Below, piece after piece: positions 16,351-30,824 of a stretch of 33,626 nucleotides of DNA. Under the pieces are notes generated by a model that did not search any database, was not told where the DNA came from, and was given only the letters and a program-made list of their open reading frames with translations. The stretch's first letter is position 1; each line of letters opens with the position of its first letter. The translations under genes and the position numbers were made by a program. Source of the stretch: Methylococcaceae bacterium (lineage in GTDB: Bacteria; Pseudomonadota; Gammaproteobacteria; Methylococcales; UBA1147); the NCBI GenBank assembly GCA_022616595.1, contig JAKEEL010000094.1:1-33626 (forward strand), written 5' to 3'.

Positions 16351-17532
16351 GTGGAGCTTTCTCCAGACCCCGTGGTAATCATCGGTTATGCCCGAACCCC
16401 GCTCGGTAAATTTCAGGGCAAGCTCAAAGATCTGAGCGCTCCCGAACTCGGCGCGGCCGCGATTTCCGGAGCTTTGACCTCGGCCGGTATCGCCCAGGAC
16501 AGGGTCGGCAAAGTGATCATGGGCTGCGTATTGAGCGCCGGAATCGGGCAGGCCCCGGCCCGCCAGGCGGCCTTGCTGGCTGGCCTGGATCCCGCGGTTC
16601 CCTGCCTGACCATCAACAAAATGTGCGGATCGGGCATGGAAGCGATCATGCTCGGACACGACACGATTAAGGCCGGCAGTGCCGAAGTCGTGGTGGCGGG
16701 CGGAATGGAAAGCATGTCCAATGCGCCCTATCTGTTCGCCAGGGACCAATTCCGGTCGCTCGGTCATAAGACCCTGTATGACCATATGATATTGGACGGT
16801 CTCGAAGATCCCCGGGAGCACCGTCTGATGGGCGATTATGCGGAAGACCGCGCGCAGGAATACCGGATCGATCGCGCGATGCAGGACCATTTCGCGCGCG
16901 AGTCGCTGAAACGGGCCTGGTCGAGCGCGGAAGATCGATGCATGGCCGATACGATCGTCCCGGTTGATACTCAGCGGGGTAAGGGGGACGGCCCGGTGAC
17001 TCGGGATGAACTCCCGAAACCGGAGGCTCTCGACAAAATCGCCCGATTGAAACCGGCATTCCGGGCAAACGGGACGATTACGCCCGCGTCATCGAGCGGC
17101 ATTGCGGATGGCGCGGCCGCTGTCGTTCTGGCAAAGGCTTCCACCGCCGCCCGCTTGAACCTCGAAGCCAAGGCCCGGATCGTCGCGCATTCGAGCCATG
17201 CGGGTGAAGCGGCGCGCTTTCCGGCTGCACCGGTCGGTGCGATTCGGAAGCTATTGGATTCGGTTGATTTGAAAAGTTCGGACATCGATTTGTACGAAAT
17301 CAATGAAGCCTTTGCCGTGGTCCCCCTGATCGCGATGCAGGAATTGGACCTGCCTCATTACAAAGTCAATATCGAGGGCGGCGCCTGCGCGATGGGCCAC
17401 CCGATCGGAGCGTCCGGAGCCCGGATTCTGGTCACACTGTTGTCTTCGCTGGCCAGGCACCGGCTCAAATCCGGGCTTGCATCGCTGTGTATCGGAGGTG
17501 GCGAAGCGACGGCCATCATGGTGGAGCGATGA
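16351..17532 (+). CDS. Acetyl-CoA C-acetyltransferase (thiolase II)
   Basis: ORF 16270..17532(+). Motifs are [26 protein letters not shown] (active-site Cys), NEAFA and [18 protein letters not shown]...LCIGGGEA. I prefer GTG 16351, which has an AAGGTGGA SD upstream and gives the canonical length of about 393 aa. Confidence 0.92.
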   Translation: MELSPDPVVIIGYARTPLGKFQGKLKDLSAPELGAAAISGALTSAGIAQDRVGKVIMGCVLSAGIGQAPARQAALLAGLDPAVPCLTINKMCGSGMEAIMLGHDTIKAGSAEVVVAGGMESMSNAPYLFARDQFRSLGHKTLYDHMILDGLEDPREHRLMGDYAEDRAQEYRIDRAMQDHFARESLKRAWSSAEDRCMADTIVPVDTQRGKGDGPVTRDELPKPEALDKIARLKPAFRANGTITPASSSGIADGAAAVVLAKASTAARLNLEAKARIVAHSSHAGEAARFPAAPVGAIRKLLDSVDLKSSDIDLYEINEAFAVVPLIAMQELDLPHYKVNIEGGACAMGHPIGASGARILVTLLSSLARHRLKSGLASLCIGGGEATAIMVER

Positions 17533-19133
17533 ACCCGCTGCCGACCCACATCGATACTCAAAGCGAGGCTTTCCGGAAAAACCGCTTGGCGACACAAGCC
17601 AGGATCAGCGAATGGCGGACGATTGAGCGGGAGGTCGAACTCGGCGGAGGTCGGGCCGCGCGCGACCGCCACGTCGCGAGAGGCAAGCTGCTGGTTCGGG
17701 ACAGGATCGGCAAACTGCTGGATAGGGGCGCGCCTTTCCTCGAGTTCTCGGCGCTCGCCGGTTTCAAGGTCTATCCTGAAACGACCCCCTCGGCGGGAAT
17801 CGTGACCGGGATCGGAAGGATCGCGAAACGGCTTTGCGTGGTGATTGCGAACGATGCCACGGTCAAGGGCGGGTGTTATTTCCCGCTGACCGTCAAGAAG
17901 CATTTGCGGGCCCAGGAAATCGCCCAACAAAACCGGCTTTCATGCATTTATCTGGTCGATTCCGGAGGTGCCTTCCTGCCGAGACAAGCCGAAGTGTTTC
18001 CGGACCGGGATCATTTCGGACGCATATTTTTCAACCAGGCCAATATGTCGGCCGAGGGCATTCCGCAGATCGCGGTCGTGATGGGTTCGTGTACCGCGGG
18101 AGGAGCCTATCTCCCCGCGATGTCGGACGAAAGCATCATCGTGCGCAAGCAAGGAACCATCTACCTCGGCGGGCCGCCTCTGGTCCGGGCTGCGACCGGC
18201 GAAGTCGTCGACGAGGAAGCTTTGGGCGGCGCCGATGTGCATGCCCGCCGCTCGGGTCTGGTCGATCATGTCGCGGAAGACGACCAGGATGCCTTGAACA
18301 AGGCGCGGGAGATTATCGGCAATTTTCCATCCCCAGAGTCTTCGGCCGGCTCCCTGCATTTCGACGATCCGTTGTACCCGGCCGAGGAGATTTACGGCAT
18401 CGTCCCGGGTGAAATTCGCTATCAGTACGATGTCCGGGAAGTCATCGCGCGGACCGTCGACGGCAGCCGCTTCTCGGAATTCAAGGCGCTCTACGGAAAA
18501 ACTCTGGTCTGCGGGTTCGCGCGAATCTGTAATTACCCAGTCGGAATAATCGCGAATAACGGGATCTTGTTTTCCGAATCCGCGTTGAAGGGTGCGCACT
18601 TCGTTCAGCTGTGCTGCCAGCGCAAGGTTCCTCTGGTATTCCTGCAGAATGTCGCGGGCTTCATGGTTGGCCAGGAATACGAGGCGCAGGGAATCGCGAA
18701 GCAAGGCGCGAAAATGGTGATGGCGGTCGCCTGCGCGAGGATCCCCAAAATCACGGTCATCATCGGCGGCAGTTTCGGTGCCGGCAATTACGCGATGTGC
18801 GGCCGCGCGTTTGCACCGAATTTCCTGTGGGCCTGGCCGAACGCGCAGATTTCGATCATGGGCGGCGAACAGGCCGCGGAAGTCCTTGCGACAGTCAAAC
18901 GCGAAAAATTCGAACGCTCGGGAGAGGACTGGCCGGAACAAAGCGAGCAGGAATTCAAAAAACCAATCCTGGAACGCTATCAGCAGGAAGGTAGTGCATA
19001 CTATGCGAGCGCGAGACTTTGGGACGACGGAATCATCGATCCGGCCGATACCCGGCGGATCATCGGGTTGAGTCTCGATGCCTGCCAGTCCGGGGCGGAC
19101 CGAGACTCGGATTTCGGGGTGTTCCGGATGTGA
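17529..19133 (+). CDS. Acyl-CoA carboxylase carboxyltransferase (beta) subunit, methylcrotonyl-CoA carboxylase-like
   Basis: ORF 17487..19133(+), trimmed to ATG 17529, which overlaps the thiolase stop (ATGA). Motifs are [40 protein letters not shown] and [17 protein letters not shown]. Confidence 0.85.
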   Translation: MNPLPTHIDTQSEAFRKNRLATQARISEWRTIEREVELGGGRAARDRHVARGKLLVRDRIGKLLDRGAPFLEFSALAGFKVYPETTPSAGIVTGIGRIAKRLCVVIANDATVKGGCYFPLTVKKHLRAQEIAQQNRLSCIYLVDSGGAFLPRQAEVFPDRDHFGRIFFNQANMSAEGIPQIAVVMGSCTAGGAYLPAMSDESIIVRKQGTIYLGGPPLVRAATGEVVDEEALGGADVHARRSGLVDHVAEDDQDALNKAREIIGNFPSPESSAGSLHFDDPLYPAEEIYGIVPGEIRYQYDVREVIARTVDGSRFSEFKALYGKTLVCGFARICNYPVGIIANNGILFSESALKGAHFVQLCCQRKVPLVFLQNVAGFMVGQEYEAQGIAKQGAKMVMAVACARIPKITVIIGGSFGAGNYAMCGRAFAPNFLWAWPNAQISIMGGEQAAEVLATVKREKFERSGEDWPEQSEQEFKKPILERYQQEGSAYYASARLWDDGIIDPADTRRIIGLSLDACQSGADRDSDFGVFRM

Positions 19134-19536
19134 GCGCGCAAGATTATTCGTCGATCGGTTTTCTCCTATCTTAAGGGGTGGTCTGAAATTTGGGGAGTAG
19201 CATACTGGTTAATACCGGCCGTTGACAATCGTCCCGATCAATTAACTCTACAACCGGACTGGCGGTGATCTCGCGATCGAGAAGGCTGCCGCGCTCACCC
19301 AGCAGCCTGTTCACTCCAATGACCGGGTCGAGCTTTTCCCCCTTATTTGTTGACGAATATCAAAAAGCCTTCGGCTTCTCGATGGTACAAATACGCTTCG
19401 CCTCAATATTCAATAAGCAAACACAAACCGCGGGATTCGTACGCTCGAGGTGGATTGATCAATTTGAATGCGCGGATCGAGAGGTTTCGAAGCGTTTTGT
19501 GTGGCCAACTAATGAAGTCAGTTTTTGGAGAACGTA

Positions 19537-19935
19537 ATGAAAAAGAGTCTACCGATCAGTTTGATCAACGCGATGTTTATATTCGGTCTGTTCGCGTCCC
19601 TGGCGGTTGCCGCGGTCGGAATCAAGAATGAAAGCGAAATAGCCGGATCCTGGCTGTTGGAGAGTGCGGCCGCCAAATTGGGCGGTCCAAAGGTCAGCCG
19701 CGGCGAAACCTGGATCATCGGCAACGGGCAGCTCGAGAAAACCGGGTTGATCATGGCGAGAAGCGGGACTTACGATGTTCCTCCGGTACCGATCAAAATC
19801 GAGTCCGGGAAAATGCTGGTTCCTGTGATCGGAAGGCCGGGTAAGTTTACCGAGTTTGAAGTAATCGAGAAAAACGCGGATTCCATGGTGTTGTACGCAA
19901 AATCAGAGGGGTATCTGTTTTTCAAGCAGAAATAG
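19537..19935 (+). CDS. Hypothetical exported protein (132 aa)
   Basis: ORF 19525..19935(+). I prefer ATG 19537 (GGAGAAcgtaATG). The signal-peptide-like N-terminus is MKKSLPISLINAMFIFGLFASLAVAA. A terminator follows. I recognise no family. Confidence 0.6.
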   Translation: MKKSLPISLINAMFIFGLFASLAVAAVGIKNESEIAGSWLLESAAAKLGGPKVSRGETWIIGNGQLEKTGLIMARSGTYDVPPVPIKIESGKMLVPVIGRPGKFTEFEVIEKNADSMVLYAKSEGYLFFKQK

Positions 19936-19988
19936 ACGAGGGTAACGGAGACCTCGATCGGCGCGCAAACCGGTCTTCGTCGAGAGCA

Positions 19989-20017
19989 AAAGGGCGGACG
20001 GATTCTCCGCCCTTTTT
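19989..20017 (+). terminator. Rho-independent terminator
   Basis: The sequence is aaaGGGCGGAcggattcTCCGCCCttttt, a 7-bp GC-rich stem (extendable by A:T pairs) followed by T5. Confidence 0.75.
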
Positions 20018-20255
20018 CATGCCTTTCGGCGCGATACTGGAACAATTCCGGATGAAATCGACGGGCCTGGATTGCGGACGATCAACGCTCGTTTATGAAA
20101 ATCCCATGCAATCGGTCTGCAGCCGCCCGAATTTGGAAAAGGATGCGAATAGATCATGAATTCGAAGAGCGATCACGGTAGAATACCACATCCTTGCAAT
20201 TTCCCCTGACAAACTGAAGGCCACAGATGGAGTCGATCTCCCCCGATCTGTTTAA

Positions 20256-22738
<2,483 letters not shown>

Positions 22739-22741
22739 TAA

Positions 22742-24052
<1,311 letters not shown>

Positions 24053-24140
24053 ACGAAGATCTTTGGGTATCCGTCCAGATCAACTGTATCCGATCGCCGG
24101 TTCATGCTCGGTTCCAAACCTGTGCAGGAAGGCTTAGATC

Positions 24141-24422
24141 ATGAAACTTCTAGGCGGGGTGCTGATTGTTTTGCTGGCATTGCTGCAATACAAATTCTGG
24201 TTCGGGGATACCGGATTTCAGAAGGCACGCCAATATGAGCAGCGTATCGAGAGCTTGCGCGAGGAGATCAAGGAAATCCGCAGCCGGAACGCCGCGCTTC
24301 AGGCCGAGGTCGATGATCTGAAAAACGGCATGGCGGCCGTCGAGGAACGGGCCCGGCGCGATCTCGGGATGATCCGGAAAAACGAAACGTTTTTTCAGAT
24401 TATCGAACCCTCGGCGAAATAG
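24141..24422 (+). CDS. ftsB: Cell division protein FtsB
   Basis: ORF 24141..24422(+), 93 aa, with an N-terminal TM helix followed by a coiled coil. ...AVEERARRDLGMIRKNETFFQI is the typical FtsB end. It sits in the conserved position between eno and ispD. Confidence 0.9.
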   Translation: MKLLGGVLIVLLALLQYKFWFGDTGFQKARQYEQRIESLREEIKEIRSRNAALQAEVDDLKNGMAAVEERARRDLGMIRKNETFFQIIEPSAK

Positions 24423-24444
24423 AGCGGTCCGTAGGGGTGGTTCG

Positions 24445-25152
24445 ATGGGCTTGAATAGCGCCCGGATCTGGGCTCTGGTTCCGGCCGCGGGCGTCGGCAG
24501 GCGCATGGCTGCCGATCGTCCGAAACAATACCTGAAGCTCGGCGAGCGTACGGTCCTTGAGCATACGCTCGATCGTCTGCTCGGATCACGGATCTATTCC
24601 GGCATTGTCGTGGCTGTTTCCGAGGATGACGGTTACTGGGATTCGCTTTCCTTGAGCCGCTCCCATTCGGTATCCCGGGTTACGGGCGGCAGCGAGCGGG
24701 CCGATTCGGTATTGGCGGGACTGAATTTTATCGCCTCGATTGCGGCGGAGGACGAATGGGTCATGGTCCACGATGCCGCAAGGCCGTGTCTGACGGCGAA
24801 TGACATCCGGCGCCTTCGGGATTCGGTGGCGAATGACAAAGTCGGCGGCATTCTGGCCTTGCCGGTTCACGATACGCTGAAAAGTACCGCGGCCGGCAGG
24901 ATTGAATACACAGTCGATCGGACCCGGATCTGGCGCGCGCTGACACCGCAGATGTTTCGTCTGGGTTTGCTCAGGGACGCGCTGATCGCGGTAGCGCAAG
25001 CCGGTCGGCTTGTGACCGACGAAGCCGGCGCGGTCGAATTGCAGGGCTTGAAGCCGCTGATCGTGGAAGGACGGCCCGATAACATCAAAATCACCCGGCC
25101 CGAGGATCTGCCTCTGGCCGCTTACTATCTGGAGCGGCAACGTTGCGAATAG
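24445..25152 (+). CDS. ispD: 2-C-methyl-D-erythritol 4-phosphate cytidylyltransferase
   Basis: ORF 24445..25152(+). [21 protein letters not shown], and TDEAGAVE...VEG...[10 protein letters not shown]. Confidence 0.93.
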   Translation: MGLNSARIWALVPAAGVGRRMAADRPKQYLKLGERTVLEHTLDRLLGSRIYSGIVVAVSEDDGYWDSLSLSRSHSVSRVTGGSERADSVLAGLNFIASIAAEDEWVMVHDAARPCLTANDIRRLRDSVANDKVGGILALPVHDTLKSTAAGRIEYTVDRTRIWRALTPQMFRLGLLRDALIAVAQAGRLVTDEAGAVELQGLKPLIVEGRPDNIKITRPEDLPLAAYYLERQRCE

Positions 25153-25616
25153 GGCATGGATATGATGCACACCGTTTCCAGAATCAAGGGGAGCTGATTC
25201 TGGGCGGCGAGAAAATTGATTACGAAAAAGGGATGCTCGCGCATTCCGACGGGGATGTTGTCCTGCACGCGCTGTGCGATGCACTGCTCGGTGCGGCCGC
25301 GCTCGGCGATCTCGGAAAGCATTTCCCGGATTCCGACCCGCAATACAAAGGCATCGCGAGCCGCATCCTGGTCGAACGCGTGATGGCCGAATTGTCGGCT
25401 CTCGGCTACCGGGTCGCCAATGCCGATCTGACGATCATCGCCCAGGAGCCGCGCCTCGCGCCCTACATCCCGGCCATGAAAGCGAATATCGCGCGCTATC
25501 TGGGCATTTCGCGCGACAACGTGAATGTCAAGGCAACCACGACCGAAAAAATGGGCTTCGAGGGGCGGGGCGAAGGGATCTCCGCGCACGCGGTGGTGTT
25601 GCTGGAAAGTCCTTGA
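25143..25616 (+). CDS. ispF: 2-C-methyl-D-erythritol 2,4-cyclodiphosphate synthase
   Basis: ORF 25143..25616(+). [26 protein letters not shown] and [10 protein letters not shown]. The TTG start overlaps the ispD 3' end by 10 nt. Confidence 0.93.
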   Translation: MRIGHGYDAHRFQNQGELILGGEKIDYEKGMLAHSDGDVVLHALCDALLGAAALGDLGKHFPDSDPQYKGIASRILVERVMAELSALGYRVANADLTIIAQEPRLAPYIPAMKANIARYLGISRDNVNVKATTTEKMGFEGRGEGISAHAVVLLESP

Positions 25617-25751
25617 TACTGGAGCGAGCGTCGTCCAGAATCGGCGGCCTTTCTCGCGTTACTCGATTGCACCGGATTTCCCAGGATCGGCGTGGGTCGG
25701 GATCCAGTCCTGTCTGTATAATGAATAGTTTTTTCGGGATTTTCGCAAACT

Positions 25752-26507
25752 ATGCATATTCTGGTCAGTAATGACGACGGTTATTCCGCGCAAGGCTTGA
25801 TCGCCTTGAAATCAGCGCTTGAAAAACTGGCTAAAGTATCGGTGGTCGCTCCGGAACGGAACCAAAGCGGTGCGAGCAATTCGCTGACCTTGGATCGTCC
25901 CTTGCGAGCGACCGTGATGGATGGCGGAGTCATCAAGATTGACGGAACGCCGACGGATTGCGTCCACATCGCGATCACGGGGCTCTTGGACGAAGAACCG
26001 GATATGGTGTTCGCGGGGATCAATCACGGCGCGAACCTCGGCGATGACGTACTGTATTCAGGGACGGTCGCCGCAGCGACCGAAGGGCGCTTCCTTGGAT
26101 TGCCTGCGATCGCGATTTCCCTGGCCTCCGCCACTCCGAGGTACATGGAAACGGCCACCCGGGTCGCTGTCGATCTTTTCAACCGGGTCCAGCAACAACC
26201 CCTGCCGGCCGACACCATACTGAATGTCAATGTTCCGGATGTTCCCGTGAACCAGTTGCGCGGCTTCCGCTCGACCCGGCTGGGACAGCGCCATAAAGCG
26301 GAGCGGGTCGTCAAGACGCTGGATCCGAGGGGCCGTGAAATTTACTGGGTGGGCTCCGCGGGACCGGAACAGGATGCCGGGCCGGGAACCGATTTCTGCG
26401 CGATCCGGGAAAATTTCGTATCGGTCACGCCCTTGCAGGTGGACTTGACACATTACAACAAGATCAACGGTATTGCGGAATGGCTGCCGGTCGGAGAGAT
26501 GTGTTGA
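25752..26507 (+). CDS. surE: 5'/3'-nucleotidase SurE
   Basis: ORF 25752..26507(+). [36 protein letters not shown] and TPLQVDLT. Confidence 0.95.
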   Translation: MHILVSNDDGYSAQGLIALKSALEKLAKVSVVAPERNQSGASNSLTLDRPLRATVMDGGVIKIDGTPTDCVHIAITGLLDEEPDMVFAGINHGANLGDDVLYSGTVAAATEGRFLGLPAIAISLASATPRYMETATRVAVDLFNRVQQQPLPADTILNVNVPDVPVNQLRGFRSTRLGQRHKAERVVKTLDPRGREIYWVGSAGPEQDAGPGTDFCAIRENFVSVTPLQVDLTHYNKINGIAEWLPVGEMC

Positions 26508-27163
26508 ACCTGCACCATCAAGGGATCGGGCTAACCTCGCGCCGTACCCGCGACCGGCTCGTAGAGCGCCTGAAAGACCAGGGAATCCGGAATGTCGCGC
26601 TGCTCGAAGTGATTCGCAATACTCCGCGCCATATCTTCGTCGAAGAAGCCTTGGCCGGCCGGGCCTATGAAGATACGGCCCTGCCGATCGGACATAATCA
26701 GACCATATCCCAACCCTATATCGTGGCGAAAATGACCGAGCTGTTGCTCGAAAAAGCCGCGCCGGAAAAGATCCTCGAAATCGGCACCGGTTCGGGCTAC
26801 CAGACTGCGGTCCTCGCACAACTCGTCGAAAAGCTGTACACGGTCGAGCGCATTTTTCCTCTGATGCAGCGGGCCCGCCGGTGTCTCCATGACCTGCGCT
26901 TGCACAACGTGAGTTTTAGACACAGCGACGGCGGATGGGGCCGCAAGGAATTCGCGCCCTACGATGGCATCCTGGTAACCGCGGCGCCTCCCGAGATCCC
27001 GGCTATGCTTCTGGAGCAGCTCAAGATTGGCGGTGTGATGGTGCTTCCGGTTGGCTCCGGCGCCGAGCAGTCGTTGCAGCGGGTGGTCAAGACCCAGGAG
27101 GGCTGCGTAATGGAAATGATCGAACCGGTCAGATTCGTACCCCTGGTCTTGGGCAGATATTGA
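26501..27163 (+). CDS. pcm: Protein-L-isoaspartate O-methyltransferase
   Basis: ORF 26480..27163(+). Motifs are [43 protein letters not shown] and [12 protein letters not shown] 26501 or TTG 26504 follows a GGAGAG SD (26493-26498) and gives an N-terminus like other Pcm proteins. ATG 26480 remains possible. Confidence 0.93.
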   Translation: MLNLHHQGIGLTSRRTRDRLVERLKDQGIRNVALLEVIRNTPRHIFVEEALAGRAYEDTALPIGHNQTISQPYIVAKMTELLLEKAAPEKILEIGTGSGYQTAVLAQLVEKLYTVERIFPLMQRARRCLHDLRLHNVSFRHSDGGWGRKEFAPYDGILVTAAPPEIPAMLLEQLKIGGVMVLPVGSGAEQSLQRVVKTQEGCVMEMIEPVRFVPLVLGRY

Positions 27164-27207
27164 AAGGGTTTTCGTATTTCCATTAAAGAGATCGGGATCG
27201 AATCGCG

Positions 27208-27963
27208 ATGAAACCCTGTTTGATCTATGCGCACCGCGGGCTCAGCTCGGAGTTTCTGGAAAATACACGCAGCGCATTCGACCGGGCGATCGATCTCGGG
27301 GTCGACGGCATCGAAACGGACATTCAGATCAGCCGCGATCGGGTCCCGGTCCTTTGGCATGACGAGCATCTGGCCAAGCTCGGGCGGCCCGGAACCCGCA
27401 TCGGCGAACTGGACCATGCGGAACTTGGCAGGCTGAATCTCTCGGATTACGGGCGAACGGACGGCAGCGAGTGCGGATTGGTAGCGCTGAACGAATTCCT
27501 GCCAAAATATGCGCGCCGCTGCAATCTGATCCTCGAAGTCAAGAATCTGGATTGGGACCGGAATACCGGCCGGCATCAGGTCAATATCGAGCAATGCCTC
27601 GAAACCGCGAAAAGATATTCGGGACAGGGGCCCGAAAGCGGCGTGGTGATCTCATCTTTCGATCTCGAGAGCCTGCGCCATGCGCATTCACGGGAGCCCT
27701 TGCAATCCCTGGTTCTGAATCTGGATGACGGGTACAAGATCGATACCTTGCGCCACTCGCTCGATGAGAATGACTTTTTCCGGGGTTTTTGCCTTCCGAT
27801 CGACGATCTCGATCTTGGGTCCAGCCAATTGCTGGCCGATCGCGGCAAAAGCCTGATCGTGTACACTTGCAACACGGTCGAGCAGATTCGAAAGGCCTTC
27901 GATCTCGGCGCCGGCATTCTGATTTCAGATTATCCCCGGAAGGCGATGGAACTTCGCAACTGA
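27208..27963 (+). CDS. Glycerophosphodiester phosphodiesterase family protein (GDPD, cytoplasmic UgpQ-like)
   Basis: ORF 27208..27963(+). IYAHRGLSSEFLENTRSAFDRAIDLGVDGIETDIQISRDRVPVLWHD is the canonical GDPD N-terminal HRG...EN...E.D...HD pattern. Confidence 0.85.
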   Translation: MKPCLIYAHRGLSSEFLENTRSAFDRAIDLGVDGIETDIQISRDRVPVLWHDEHLAKLGRPGTRIGELDHAELGRLNLSDYGRTDGSECGLVALNEFLPKYARRCNLILEVKNLDWDRNTGRHQVNIEQCLETAKRYSGQGPESGVVISSFDLESLRHAHSREPLQSLVLNLDDGYKIDTLRHSLDENDFFRGFCLPIDDLDLGSSQLLADRGKSLIVYTCNTVEQIRKAFDLGAGILISDYPRKAMELRN

Positions 27964-28050
27964 ATTTTCAGGAATGCACGGTACAGGATGCGCTTCCCGC
28001 CTCGGTGTGTCCCGCGGCGAACTTGGTTAAACGCACGCAATCAAATCCAT

Positions 28051-28072
28051 GAATCGATCCCAAGATCGATTC
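28051..28072. promoter_or_regulatory. Perfect 9-bp inverted repeat (candidate operator or leader hairpin) upstream of the acetoacetyl-CoA synthetase gene
   Basis: The sequence is GAATCGATC-ccaa-GATCGATTC. It ends 27 nt upstream of the preferred start ATG 28100. Confidence 0.35.
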
Positions 28073-28099
28073 GAGGACCCCGTTTATTCGGAGCGACAG

Positions 28100-30052
28100 A
28101 TGAGCAATCCGGTCTTATGGCGCCCCTCGCAGCAGCGCATCGAGCACGCGAATATCGTTCGGTTCATGAAGACCTTGCGCGCAACCGGGACCGCCGAGGT
28201 CGATGATTACGAGGGCCTTTATCGCTGGTCGATCGAGCATCCCGCGCGTTTTTGGCCGAGTGTCCGGGATTTTTGCGGAATCATCACCGAAACTCAGGGA
28301 GACTGTGTCGTCGAGAATCCGGATTCGTTCGAGACAGTCCGATGGTTTCCCGGGGCTCGCTTGAACTTCGCCGAAAACCTGCTGCAAATGAAAGGGGATC
28401 GCGCGGCACTCGAGTTTTATGGCGAAAACGGAAGCCACCGCGTTCTGAGTTTCGACGAGCTGCGCGCCCAAGCCTTGCGCCTGTCCCGTGCATTGACGGA
28501 TTTCGGGATCGCTCCGGGCGACCGGATCGCGGCTTATCTGCCGAATCTTCCCGAGACCATCGTCGCGATGCTCGCGGCGACCGGTATCGGAGCGGTCTGG
28601 TCCAGTTGTTCTCCGGATTTCGGCGTCGCTGCGCTGCTCGACCGTTTCGGACAGATCAGGCCCAGAATTCTGTTCGCGGCGGACCGCTATTTTTACAACG
28701 GACGGGAATTCGATCTGTCCGCAAGGGTGGAATCGATCCTGAAGTCCATCGACTCGATCGAACTCCTCGTGTGGATTCCGTACCAAGGCGATAGCGAAGG
28801 CCCGGCGCCTGCACCGGGAGTCTGGATGGAGGATTTGGTTCGAGGCCATTCGCCCGCGGCGGTCGAGTTTGAAGCATTTCCCTTCGATCATCCGGTCTAT
28901 ATCCTCTATTCCTCGGGGACCACCGGCGCTCCCAAATGCATCCTGCATGGCGCCGGAGGCACGCTGCTTCAGCATTTCAAGGAACACCAGCTTCTGGCCG
29001 ATGTACACCCGGCGGACCGGCTATTCTATTTTACGACCTGCGGATGGATGATGTGGAACTGGCTGGTTTCCGGTCTGGGCTCCGGAGCCACCTTGATCCT
29101 TTATGACGGGTCGCCCGTGTATCCCGACGGCAATCGATTGTTCGATCTGATCGATCAGGCGGGCATCGATATTCTGGGCGTTTCGGCCGGATTCATCGAT
29201 TCGGTCAGGAAAGCCGGACTGAAGCCCCGGCTGAGTCATCGCCTGGCAAGGCTCAAGACCATCCTGTCCACCGGTTCCCCGCTTGCACCTGAAAATTTTG
29301 AATATGTCTACCGGGACATCAAACAGGACCTGTGCCTGTCTTCCATTTCCGGCGGAACCGATATCATTTCCTGCTTTGTCGCGGGACCTCCGACCGTCCC
29401 GGTGCGGCGCGGTGAAATACAGTGCCGGGCGCTCGGCATGAGCGTTGCGGTCTTCGACGGGAAGGGCCGTTCGATGATCGGCAAGAAGGGCGAACTGGTC
29501 TGCACGCGGCCGTTTCCCTCGATGCCGGTCGGGTTCTGGAACGACCCGGACCGGAAGGCGTACCATCGGGCTTATTTCGACCGCTTTCCGAACGTCTGGT
29601 GCCATGGCGATTTCGCGGAGATCACCGAATCGGGCGGAGTGATCATTTACGGACGCTCGGACAGTGTGTTGAACCCGGGCGGGGTGCGCATCGGCACCGC
29701 CGAGATTTACCGCCAGGTGGGGCAGATCGAAGAGGTTCGGGACAGCGTGGTGATCGCGCAGTCCTGGCAGGGTGACGTCCGGATCGTATTGTTCGTTAGA
29801 ATGACCGAGGGATTGAATCTGACCGAGGAGCTCAAAGCCAGGATCAAATCCCGTATCCGTGAATTCGCGTCGCCGCGCCACGTCCCGTCGAAGATCATTC
29901 AGGTCGCGGATATTCCCTATACCAAGAGCGGTAAGCTGGTCGAGTCCGCGGTCCGCGAGGTGGTGCACGGGCGGCCGGTTAAAAATATCGAGGCCCTTGC
30001 AAATCCGGAGGCCTTGGAAAACTTCAAGGGAATTCAGGAATTGCTAGAATAA
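28100..30052 (+). CDS. Acetoacetyl-CoA synthetase (acetoacetate-CoA ligase)
   Basis: ORF 28049..30052(+). The N-terminus [20 protein letters not shown]...[16 protein letters not shown] is typical of this family. The AMP-binding motif is [15 protein letters not shown], and SGKLVE lies near the C-terminus. ATG 28100 has GGAG 6 nt upstream. ATG 28049 has no SD. Confidence 0.9.
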   Translation: MSNPVLWRPSQQRIEHANIVRFMKTLRATGTAEVDDYEGLYRWSIEHPARFWPSVRDFCGIITETQGDCVVENPDSFETVRWFPGARLNFAENLLQMKGDRAALEFYGENGSHRVLSFDELRAQALRLSRALTDFGIAPGDRIAAYLPNLPETIVAMLAATGIGAVWSSCSPDFGVAALLDRFGQIRPRILFAADRYFYNGREFDLSARVESILKSIDSIELLVWIPYQGDSEGPAPAPGVWMEDLVRGHSPAAVEFEAFPFDHPVYILYSSGTTGAPKCILHGAGGTLLQHFKEHQLLADVHPADRLFYFTTCGWMMWNWLVSGLGSGATLILYDGSPVYPDGNRLFDLIDQAGIDILGVSAGFIDSVRKAGLKPRLSHRLARLKTILSTGSPLAPENFEYVYRDIKQDLCLSSISGGTDIISCFVAGPPTVPVRRGEIQCRALGMSVAVFDGKGRSMIGKKGELVCTRPFPSMPVGFWNDPDRKAYHRAYFDRFPNVWCHGDFAEITESGGVIIYGRSDSVLNPGGVRIGTAEIYRQVGQIEEVRDSVVIAQSWQGDVRIVLFVRMTEGLNLTEELKARIKSRIREFASPRHVPSKIIQVADIPYTKSGKLVESAVREVVHGRPVKNIEALANPEALENFKGIQELLE

Positions 30053-30080
30053 TAGCTCAATCTTTCTGATTGATCGAATC

Positions 30081-30824
30081 ATGAACTTACAACCAGTCCC
30101 GGAAAAGTACCTGCTGCGTCGGAAAAAAGAGATCGTACAGTCTCTGCGATCGCTGGCCAAGGCCAAATCGCTGATCACGGGCCGCTTCGATACCGGGAAG
30201 TATTCCTTTCTGACCGTTGTGATCGATGTGGTCCCGGAAAATCATACCGTGATCCTGGATTACGGTTCGAACGAAGCCATCAACAGCAGGTTGTTATGTG
30301 CCGCCCCTGTGGTGTTCATGACTCGATATAAAGGAATCAAGGTCCGGTTTTCGTCGGACCGGGTCGAAAAAACGGTATATCAGAACCGGGCGGTTTTCAA
30401 GATTTCGATTCCGGAATCGCTTTTTTGGCAGGAACGCCGCGAATCCTATCGGGTTAGGGTACCGCTCATGAACGCCGCGGTCTGCCGGATTCCAATCGCG
30501 CGCGAGCATTCGGACGAAGCCCCCTGGACTCTGAATCTCCGCGTGGTGAATATCGGGCCGAGCGGCGTTGCGCTGGCTCTTCCAGCCGAACAGACTGTTC
30601 CGGGCGAAATCGGAACGCGGCTCTGCAATTGCACTCTGGTACTTCCGAAGCACAGCGAAGAGGTCGATCTCGAAATCCGGCACCGTACCCGTGTTGAAGC
30701 CGATGAAGACGAGGGGGAATCCTGGATCGGTTGTACGATCGTCAAACCCTCGGAAATTTTACAGTCACGGATCATGCAGTACATGCAGTCGGTGGAACGA
30801 CAGCAAAAGGAATTCGAGCGTTGA
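30081..30824 (+). CDS. YcgR-like c-di-GMP receptor (PilZN + PilZ domains, 'flagellar brake' architecture)
   Basis: ORF 30081..30824(+). The N-terminal YcgR-type domain is followed by the PilZ motifs RRESYR (RxxxR, nt 30435-30452) and NIGPSG (D/NxSxxG, nt 30549-30566). Confidence 0.8.
   Translation: MNLQPVPEKYLLRRKKEIVQSLRSLAKAKSLITGRFDTGKYSFLTVVIDVVPENHTVILDYGSNEAINSRLLCAAPVVFMTRYKGIKVRFSSDRVEKTVYQNRAVFKISIPESLFWQERRESYRVRVPLMNAAVCRIPIAREHSDEAPWTLNLRVVNIGPSGVALALPAEQTVPGEIGTRLCNCTLVLPKHSEEVDLEIRHRTRVEADEDEGESWIGCTIVKPSEILQSRIMQYMQSVERQQKEFER

Noticed and set aside
17940-18941. 333-aa minus-strand ORF. The same applies to 301..1110(+), 6558..7355(-), 9654..10280(-), 20979..21605(-), 24586..25284(-), 26058..26819(-), 28115..29008(-), 29021..29968(-), 30772..31500(-) and 32198..33007(-).
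   Set aside because: Each is fully embedded antisense or out of frame in a gene with strong family motifs. All show the Arg/Pro/Gly-rich signature of non-coding frames, and none has a plausible SD.
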